NCBI GenBank assembly: GCA_963841915.1
Contig: CAWJEN010000005.1
Location: 1,250,717-1,314,716 of the forward strand
Source of the DNA: an uncultured Planctomycetota bacterium
Lineage (GTDB): Bacteria > Planctomycetota > Phycisphaerae > Tepidisphaerales > Tepidisphaeraceae
Direction of reading: 5' to 3'
Length of the DNA stretch: 64,000 bases
Shown here: positions 56,502-64,000 of the stretch, in pieces
Layout of the letters: the number at the start of each line of letters is the position of its first letter
Position numbering within the stretch: the first letter of the stretch is position 1
Made by a program: the position numbers and the translations under genes
Notes under the pieces: model-generated
What the model was told of the DNA's origin: nothing
The model's input: only the letters and a program-made list of their open reading frames with translations
The model's database searches: none

Positions 56502-57227
56502 TCAAAAGATCACGCGATCCGACCGCCGCGGCCGCAGCAGCGTCAGGCCACTCACCGCCAGCAGGCTCAGCGTGCCCGGCTCGGGGATGAGCAGGTAGCT
56601 GATTTCCAGCCGGACCGCTGACAGGCCGGACATGCTGATGTCGCCGGTCTCTTCGAAGATGAAGATTTCGCCCTCGATCTCAGGGCCGCCGTTGACCGTG
56701 GTGTAGCCGGCAAGCGGGTTGTCGGTGTTGTCGTCGACGCCACCGGCAAACGGGCCGAACGTCTGACCGCCGATCGTCAGAAAGGCTTCGATGCCGAGCG
56801 AGTCGGGGACGATGCCCGCGGTCAGGTCGATGCCGTCGAGCACGCCGTTGGCGATGTTAGTACCGGCCGCAAAGGCGAGAAAGTCGGCTGCTTCGGTCGG
56901 CGAACCGTTCGACGCGGTGAACGTCGAGCCCGCAGGCAGCAGACTGTCGGACGTCGTCGATAGATCGAGGAACGTTGTCTGCAGGCTGCCGGTTTCGAAC
57001 TGTCCGCTCGTGAACGTCAACGGCGTGCCGAAGGGCGTGACGTAGTTGTTCGTTTCGCCGAAGGTGACGATGGTGTCGAGCAGTGCCTGGTTTGGGTCGT
57101 CGGTGACGTTGGGTGTCAGTGCGAGCAGCGATACGCCGAACGTGTCACCCGGCTCGACCTGCGCGGACGCAGTGGCGGTGGCCAGAGTAGAGACGGCAAG
57201 GCAAGCGACGGCAAGGTGGCGGATCAT
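56502..57227 (-). CDS. PEP-CTERM surface protein
   Basis: AAGGAG SD, signal peptide, C-terminal IPEPGTLSLLAVSGLTLLRPRR. Confidence 0.85.
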   Translation of the reverse strand: MIRHLAVACLAVSTLATATASAQVEPGDTFGVSLLALTPNVTDDPNQALLDTIVTFGETNNYVTPFGTPLTFTSGQFETGSLQTTFLDLSTTSDSLLPAGSTFTASNGSPTEAADFLAFAAGTNIANGVLDGIDLTAGIVPDSLGIEAFLTIGGQTFGPFAGGVDDNTDNPLAGYTTVNGGPEIEGEIFIFEETGDISMSGLSAVRLEISYLLIPEPGTLSLLAVSGLTLLRPRRSDRVIF

Positions 57228-57319
57228 GGGCAAGTTCTCCTTGGTGAGGCGACAGCGTACCAGAATCGGCTACGACATGGCGGGTTCTCGAACAGGACGC
57301 CGCCTAGCCTCGCCGCCTT

Positions 57320-58309
57320 ATGCCAAAGCGCGTCGCCATCGTCGGAGCGACCGGGGCCGTCGGTCAGGAGCTGCTCAAGATTCTGCCCGAACGTCGCTTC
57401 CCCGTCGCCGATCTGAAATTGCTCGCCAGCGCTCGCAGCGCGGGCAAGGCGTGCGACTACGACGGCACGACGCTGACGGTCGAGGAGACGAAGGCGGACA
57501 GCTTTGACGGTATCGACGTGGCTTTCTTCAGTGCCGGCGGGGCGATCAGCCGTGATTTTGCACAAGCCGCCGTCGATGCCGGAGCGATTGTCGTCGACAA
57601 CACGAGCGCGTTCCGGATGTCGGAGGACGTGCCGCTCGTCGTGCCGGAGGTGAATCCCGAGGCCGCCAAGGAGCACAAGGGCATCATCGCCAACCCGAAC
57701 TGCTCGACGATCCTGATGAACGTCGCGGTTTGGCCGCTGCACAAGGCATTTGGCGTGAAGCGCGTGGTCGTGAGTACCTACCAGGCGGTCAGCGGTGCAG
57801 GCGCGGCAGGGTTGGCAGAGCTCGATCGCCAGATCAAGCAACGCGCTGCCGGCGACACGCCGACGGCCGAGCTGTTCCCGCACGCGATCGTCGACAATCT
57901 CTTCGCCCACAATTCACCCGTCGATGCCAGCGGCTACAACGAAGAGGAGCGGAAGATGATCAACGAAACCCGCAAGATCTTCGATTTGCCGAGCTTCGCG
58001 GTGACGGCAACGTGTGTCCGCGTGCCCGTGCCGCGGGCTCACTGCGAAAGCGTGAACCTTGAGTTCGAGCAACCCGTGACGCCCGAGCAGGTCCGCGACG
58101 TGCTCAAGACGGCGGCCGGCGTGAAGCTGATGGACGGCGACTCAGAGCCGACGCCCCAGCAGGCCAGCGGTCAGGACGACGTCCTCGTCGGTCGCGTCCG
58201 CCAAGACCTCAGCCGCCCCGACGGCACCGGAATCGATCTGTTCCTCGCCGGTGATCAGATCCGCAAAGGCGCGGCGACCAATGCGGTGCAGGTGGCCGAA
58301 TTGCTGTAG
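57320..58309 (+). CDS. asd: Aspartate-semialdehyde dehydrogenase
   Basis: GATGAVG, DNTSAFRM, ANPNCST, STYQAVSGAG, CVRVPV, RKGAATNAVQ. Confidence 0.95.
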   Translation: MPKRVAIVGATGAVGQELLKILPERRFPVADLKLLASARSAGKACDYDGTTLTVEETKADSFDGIDVAFFSAGGAISRDFAQAAVDAGAIVVDNTSAFRMSEDVPLVVPEVNPEAAKEHKGIIANPNCSTILMNVAVWPLHKAFGVKRVVVSTYQAVSGAGAAGLAELDRQIKQRAAGDTPTAELFPHAIVDNLFAHNSPVDASGYNEEERKMINETRKIFDLPSFAVTATCVRVPVPRAHCESVNLEFEQPVTPEQVRDVLKTAAGVKLMDGDSEPTPQQASGQDDVLVGRVRQDLSRPDGTGIDLFLAGDQIRKGAATNAVQVAELL

Positions 58310-58356
58310 CTTTTCGTCCGTCACGACTGCTCGAGAAGTCTACTTAAGCTGTCGCT

Positions 58357-59076
58357 ATGTGCGGCCGCCTGTACCTGTCTGATGCACGTGCGTTCGTCGC
58401 CCGCAACCCGTACATCTTCCCCGAGGGCGAGCAGGGCGAGCTGTTCGAGCCCGTGTTGTTGCCGCGGTTCAACGTCGCCCCGACGCAACCGCTGCTGAGC
58501 ATTGTCGACGGGCGCTACGACGTGCTGCGGTGGGGCCTGGTGCCGTCGTGGAGCAAGACCGACGAGCATGCTGCCAAGCTTATCAATGCTCGCAGCGAGA
58601 CCATTCTGGAGAAGCCCAGCTTCCGCGAGGCGATGCAGCGCCGTCGTTGCCTGATCCCGGCCAGCGGGTTCTACGAGTGGAAGCAGGACCCGAGCGACAG
58701 CAAGTCCGGCACCAAGCAGCCGCACGTCGTCCGACTGATGTCAGGCGACGACTTCTGCTTTGCCGGCCTGTGGGACGAGTGGATCGATCCGCTCGACCAT
58801 CAGCCGCTCCGCACTGCCACGATCTGTACCTGCTCGCCGAACGACTTGCTCGCGAAGCTTCACCACCGCATGGCCGTCATTCTGCCGCGGCGGCTTTGGG
58901 ACCCGTGGCTCGACGTAAGTGGCGTCGGTGCCGAGGACGCCGCCGATATGCTGCGGCCGGCACCCTCGGATGCGCTAGAGGCGTACCCGGTTTCCGCTCG
59001 CGTCGGCAAGGTCGGCAACGACGACCCGTCGCTGATCGAGCGTGTCGAGGTCATGCCGACGTCGCTGTTCGACTAG
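58357..59076 (+). CDS. SRAP/YedK (HMCES-like) abasic-site processing protein
   Basis: N-terminal MCGR, WGLVP, INARSET, RRCLIPASGFYEW, HHRM. Confidence 0.92.
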   Translation: MCGRLYLSDARAFVARNPYIFPEGEQGELFEPVLLPRFNVAPTQPLLSIVDGRYDVLRWGLVPSWSKTDEHAAKLINARSETILEKPSFREAMQRRRCLIPASGFYEWKQDPSDSKSGTKQPHVVRLMSGDDFCFAGLWDEWIDPLDHQPLRTATICTCSPNDLLAKLHHRMAVILPRRLWDPWLDVSGVGAEDAADMLRPAPSDALEAYPVSARVGKVGNDDPSLIERVEVMPTSLFD

Positions 59077-59798
59077 CTGCGTCTTTGCTTGACTTCCATG
59101 TCCCGGGCCTCGCCGAGTGCCGACGCGACGAGTCCCGCCGGCACGCTGACGACGCCGAGACCGACGAGCAGGACGAGAAACGTGAAGACCTTGCCCCCGA
59201 CCGTGATCGGCACGACATCGCCGTAGCCGACGGTCGTCAGCGTCACGACGGCCCACCACAGCGCGTCGAAGACGCTGGCGAACTTTTCCGGCTGCGCCTC
59301 GTGCTCAAAATGGTGAATGCCGATCGCGGCCAGGAACAAGATGACGCCCGCCGCCGAGAGGAACAGCACGATCTCCTCCCGCGCGATCCGGATCGCCATG
59401 CTGAATCTGCGTGTGGCCGCGTTGTAGCGGGCGAGCTTGAGCAGACGGAACGTCCGCAGGAGGCGCAGCGAACGAAGCACCCGGCCGTCAACTCCGAGCG
59501 AGAGGTAGAACGGAAGAATCGACAGCAGGTCAACGACGCCGAAGAAGCTGAGCGGATACCGCCACCACGGCCGGTTGACCCAAAGTCGCACGAGATACTC
59601 TGCGGTGAAAGTTATGACGATGACGACCTCCATCCGCCATAGCCATCGCCGCTCGGACGCGCCAAGATCTGGCAGCGTTTCGAGGCAGTAGCCGACGACG
59701 CTGAGCACGATCAGCGTGACAGCCGCCCAGTCGAGAATCTGCATGAACGTCGGGTGGGCTTGCGTCCACTCGTCTCGCGTCGGCCGCCGCATCCTCAT
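59073..59798 (-). CDS. Potassium channel (6-TM ion transporter)
   Basis: S4 LRSLRLLRTFRLLKL; TLTTVGYGD selectivity filter. Confidence 0.9.
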   Translation of the reverse strand: MRMRRPTRDEWTQAHPTFMQILDWAAVTLIVLSVVGYCLETLPDLGASERRWLWRMEVVIVITFTAEYLVRLWVNRPWWRYPLSFFGVVDLLSILPFYLSLGVDGRVLRSLRLLRTFRLLKLARYNAATRRFSMAIRIAREEIVLFLSAAGVILFLAAIGIHHFEHEAQPEKFASVFDALWWAVVTLTTVGYGDVVPITVGGKVFTFLVLLVGLGVVSVPAGLVASALGEARDMEVKQRRS

Positions 59799-59832
59799 GG
59801 TGTAGCACAAGTGTGGCTTCCTAGCCTTTGGC

Positions 59833-60309
59833 ATGAGCGAAACCGTCAGCGTCCACGTAATTGACGACCAGGGCGACATTGCGGGCCCGGTCGAGCAGCC
59901 AAAGATCGTCAAGACCGACGACGAATGGCGAGACCTGCTCGGCAGCGAAGAGACCTTCCACGTCGCACGCGGCAAAGGCACCGAGCGGCCGTTCTGTGGC
60001 ACCTTGCTCGACAACAAGCTCGACGGCGTATACGTCTGCGTCTGCTGCCAACTGCCTTTGTATGACAGCGACAGCAAGTTCAACAGCGGCACCGGCTGGC
60101 CCAGCTTTTTCCAACCGGTCGGCGACAACGTCACGATCGACGAAGACCGCAGCCACGGCATGATCCGCACCGAGATTCTCTGCGCTCGCTGCGACTGCCA
60201 CCTCGGCCACGTCTTCCCCGACGGCCCGCCGCCGACGGGGGAGCGGCACTGCGTCAACAGCGAGTCGCTGAAGTTCGTCGAGCGAAGCGACCTCAAATCA
60301 GTCGCATGA
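59833..60309 (+). CDS. msrB: Peptide-methionine (R)-S-oxide reductase
   Basis: KGTERPF, CVCC, KFNSGTGWPSF, HLGHVFPDGP, RHCVNS. Confidence 0.95.
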   Translation: MSETVSVHVIDDQGDIAGPVEQPKIVKTDDEWRDLLGSEETFHVARGKGTERPFCGTLLDNKLDGVYVCVCCQLPLYDSDSKFNSGTGWPSFFQPVGDNVTIDEDRSHGMIRTEILCARCDCHLGHVFPDGPPPTGERHCVNSESLKFVERSDLKSVA

Positions 60310-60340
60310 AAAAGGGCGTGCGTCTCGCGACGCACGCCCT
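60309..60340 (-). terminator. Rho-independent terminator for the large minus-strand gene
   Basis: AAAAAGGGCGTGCGTC-TCGC-GACGCACGCCCT. Confidence 0.75.
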
Positions 60341-60362
60341 CAGGTTCGAAAGGTCGATCGGC

Positions 60363-63300
60363 TCAGGCCAGTTGTTCGAAGATGCTGAAGCTCAGCACGA
60401 TCGTCGAGCCCGCCGTGCCACTGGCATTGTCCTGGCTGTAGGGCGTGACGCTCAGGCTGTAGTCGCCGACGGGCAGCGCGTCGCCGAAGTAGTCGTCGCC
60501 GTCGTTGGCGAAGATGGAATACGGCGCGACGTTCTCGACGCTGCTGACGCTCAGGCCGCCGGGACCGGTCAGGAGGAACGCGACGCTCTCCGTGCCGCCG
60601 CTTGCGTTGGCGACAATGGTCGCATTGGCCGGCACGTCGCCAGCGTTGAAGCTGCCACCGTCCGTCAACTCGAAGGCGCTCGTGTTGCTGTCGGCGTCAA
60701 AGACGAACAGGCCGTCGACCGTCGGCGTGGCCGCATCGTCGGCAATCGTGAAGGTCACGCTGCCCGTCTCGTCCGTGCCGCCAAGGGCGTTGTCGGCGAG
60801 GTAGCTCGTCGCCGTCAGCGTGTACATGCCAGCCGGCAGTTGGCTACCGAGCACGTCCACACTGCCTTCGTAGGCCATGCCTTCGTTGCGGAACAGCGTG
60901 TAAAAGCTGATGTTCTCCGTGTTCTCGTAGAACAGCCCGCCAGGGCCGACCAGCGTCCAGGCGACGCTCTCGGCCTCGGCGTCGACGTTGTCGACCTCGA
61001 CGCTCAGGTTGCTCGCCAGCTCGCTGCGCTGATACGTCGCGCCGTCTTCAATCTGGAACAGCCGCACGTCGTCGCCGGCATTAAGGAATGTAAACGCCAG
61101 ATCATCGCTTGGCGGCGGCAGGTCGTCTACAAAAACATTCAGACGCGTCGTAGATTTATTGCTTTCAAGTCCGACGCTGTCAAATGCTATGGCAGTGAAG
61201 TCGCGGAACCCATTAAAACCGTCTGTGTCCCCGAAGCCGAAGAAGTCGTCAGGAGCGGTGGTTTCGAGCGACCAGCCGTCGCTGCCATCTTCATCGACGC
61301 CAGCAATGAAGCGGAAGTTGCTCGTATTGTCTTCAAGGTAGAATTCAACTCGGGTGACATCATCGTCTGGGTCGGTGACACCCGTCAATGTGAGCGTGAT
61401 CGGGCTGCCAACCTCGGCCGGATTCGGTGTAGCAAAGAGTCCGCCGATCGTCGGCGGCTGCGGCTCGACCGCCAGCACCGACAGGCCGGCCGTCTCGCCC
61501 TCGCCGACGGCGCCATCATCATCGACCGGCACCGCCTCGTAGATGAAGAAGCCCAACTGCGGCGGCGCGTTGACCTGCAGCGTCGCGACGCCATCAACCG
61601 GCACGGCCGATCCGATCAGCTCGCCCGGCATCGGGAAGCCCGAGTCGCCCAGGAAGAAGAAGTCGACGCGATCGACCGTGCCATCCACGTCGGCCAAGCC
61701 GGTCGCTGTCAGCGTGACGAGCGCTGCCGTGCCCTCGTCCACCGCGCCCGGCGAGACCGACAGGTCCGCGATCGTCGGCGGCTGGTTGTCCGCCATCAGA
61801 TTCTTATATCCGTACTGCAGGTGATCGGCGGACCAATTGTTCAGACCCGGCATCGACAGCCGGATGCTGGAGATGCCAGCCTCAGAGATCACGCCGAAGA
61901 ATCGGTCCTCGGCAGTCTGTCCATCGATGAACTCGTCACCAAGCGACACTGGTCCAATGGTGCCGAGCAATGCCCCATCTGGACCAAATGCTTCGAAGAT
62001 GGTGTTTTCGACAAGGTCTTCTGGACGTGGCGTTCCGCCACCATTTCTACCTACGTCCGTCCAAACGATGCCGGCGTGCGTCGGCAGGCTGCCAATGTGT
62101 CGCATCGAAGTTGAACGTAAAGCTGCTCGTTGCGAAGTTACTGCGGATGTAGCGTCCACCCCGGCCGTCGCCATCGATCATCCCGTCGTCAGCGTCGACA
62201 GAGTCAGTAAAACCATCTGACGGGTAAGAGACGATGTCGGCTTCGACAAAGCTGACACCCGGTTGGTCGAGCACGCCGTCTTCAAAATCCTCGAGGAAAA
62301 ACTCGTCGAAATCCAATGCGGCGAACGGACTGATCGCTTCGCCCGCCGCCGGATCATCGAAGGCAAGATATTCGACGGGACCGATGAATCCCTCCGGCGT
62401 CGGGGGCGGAGACGGCTCGGTGATCGTGAGCGTGTTCGTCACGGTCGTCGTCGCCCCGTCATCGTCGGTCGCGACAGCCGTCACGACGTAGTCGCCCGCC
62501 GCAAAGTCGTTCGCCGGAAGAAAGTCGATCGTGTATCCGCCGGCCGGGTCGGTGTCGGTGCCGATGGAGTTGCCGTCGAAGAAGAATTCGACGCCGACCA
62601 CGGTGCCGTCGGTGTCCTGAACGCCGGTGGCGGAGAAGGTCGTCGAGCCGTCGACGAGGATCGGGTTGGGGTTGATCGACACGCCGTTGACGATCGGCGG
62701 CTGGTTTGGCTGCCCTTCGCCGGCAAGGAGACGCGCTATACCTCCGCCTCGCCTTGCAACGTCGTTCAAGTCAAACTTCACGGCCCGACCGACAACCAGA
62801 AGCTTCCCATCAGGTTGAAGCACGATGTCTTCGAATCCGATAGCTCGCGAGGCTCGACTCCGCTGTTTAACCTATCAAAGTAGTTGACGGTTTGCTGCTG
62901 AACCCCGTCTTCTGCGACAAGTGTCAGAAAACCAGCTGGAGCAATCCCTGAGGCAAGCGGAGAATAGGCGTTGCTGACGACATAGCTTCCGTCTGCCAGC
63001 CCGACGACGAGTGGTGGTAGTGAAACACCGGTGTTGTCAGGTATGCGAGTATGCTCCGCCACCCCACCTACGCCAAAGTTCTCGTCCAAGTTGCCGGTGC
63101 TCGTGAAACGGTAGAGCTCATTGACATCTGTGAACGGATCGCTGAAGCCGTCACCGACGAAACGGGTTGTCGAGATAACAACCTTGTCATCGGGATCAAC
63201 AAGAAGATCCTGTGGTCGATCGATCTGATCAACGTCGAAAACGACGAGTCCGTCGTCACCGAACGACGCATCCGTCGATCCATCCGGTAGGAGTCGCCCA

Positions 63301-64000
63301 AGAATTTGATCAATGACTAGGTCTTGGGCGTTTGTACCAGTGATTTGAGTACCAGCAACGACGAATCGGCCCGCACTGTCGGTGTCGAGGTGGAAAGGGA
63401 TCACAACATCGTCGGGAGCAAATCGAGCGACTCCATTGTTACCGAACCCCTGGATCGCTGCTCCGTTTCCGTCAAGAAGTAGAACGCCGCTTCGGGTTGC
63501 ATTGCCATCGTCGTCGAGAAGTGATGAAACTAAGACGGCAATTTCGCCTGATTCTGTCAATACCAGATCTGAGATACCAATATCAAGACTGTCTCCGATG
63601 AAGAGCCCGTTCGATGCAAAGCTTGTGTCGATGTCGCCTTCAGGAGAAAACTTGAAGATCGCACCACCCGGTTCGCCACGATCAGACTTGAAGGTGACGT
63701 AGAAGGAGTCGTCCCTGGCGACCAGTGAATACTGATTCGAAGCCGCGATCTGAACCGGTGCTGAACGCGGCAAAGCCCTCGTCACCAAAAGACGTGTCGA
63801 AGGAGCCATCAGGTAAGTATCGTGCAATCCGCCACTCGCTGAAGTCACTCAGATCGTTCTGCAAAAGAAGCGCCCTCGAGCCGCTTTGAAGCTCCACCGA
63901 CTCTGGAACTGGAAGATGGCTTGCGGCGGGTACGCAACTCCATCTTCAGCGAAAGACGTGTCAAAGTCGCCGAAGGCAAGCAGCCGCCGGCTCTCGAGAT
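60363..64000 (-). CDS. Large planctomycete extracellular protein (LEPRxLL signal, delta-60-like repeats, Ig-like modules); about 4 frameshifts, start lies beyond the window
   Basis: LESRRLLA at ~63975-63998; DTSF/DENFG repeats and LQPDGKLLVVG; three QPP-led Ig-like modules; frame breaks near 63900, 63740, 62840 and 62095. Confidence 0.75.

Overview
A 64-kb, GC-rich core-chromosome segment, most likely from a member of Planctomycetota (Phycisphaerae-like). This assignment is inferred from an LESRRLLA planctomycete extracellular signal, a HYExAFE protein, three PEP-CTERM proteins, and a murC-murB-ddl-ftsQ remnant with no ftsA/ftsZ after it. About 55 CDS and one tRNA-Leu(GAG) are present. They include housekeeping genes (pheT, ald, asd, leuC, hrpA, prmC, msrB), a rhamnose-to-lactate locus (DeoR, rhaB, aldolase/dehydrogenase, lutABC), a Wzm/Wzt glycan locus, a fabZ-like/KS-like/fabF cluster, a SufS-SufE fusion with sufT, a GT3 glycogen synthase, flagellin, a histone-H1-like protein and a membrane-anchored PilB/GspE-like pseudo-ATPase. 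No CRISPR, prophage or transposase was seen. The most striking non-coding signal is two homologous ~300-325 bp intergenic elements (12460-12761 and, inverted, 44619-44943). Each has imperfect terminal inverted repeats and carries parS palindromes plus two further shared motifs, suggesting a MITE-like parS cassette. Other signals are a perfect 27-bp inverted repeat inserted in-frame in hrpA, a REPIN-like doublet, and TAnnnT -10 boxes a few bases upstream of about 20 start codons, suggesting pervasive leaderless transcription. Several frameshifts (fabZ-like gene, prmC, the terminal surface protein) look like assembly indels.
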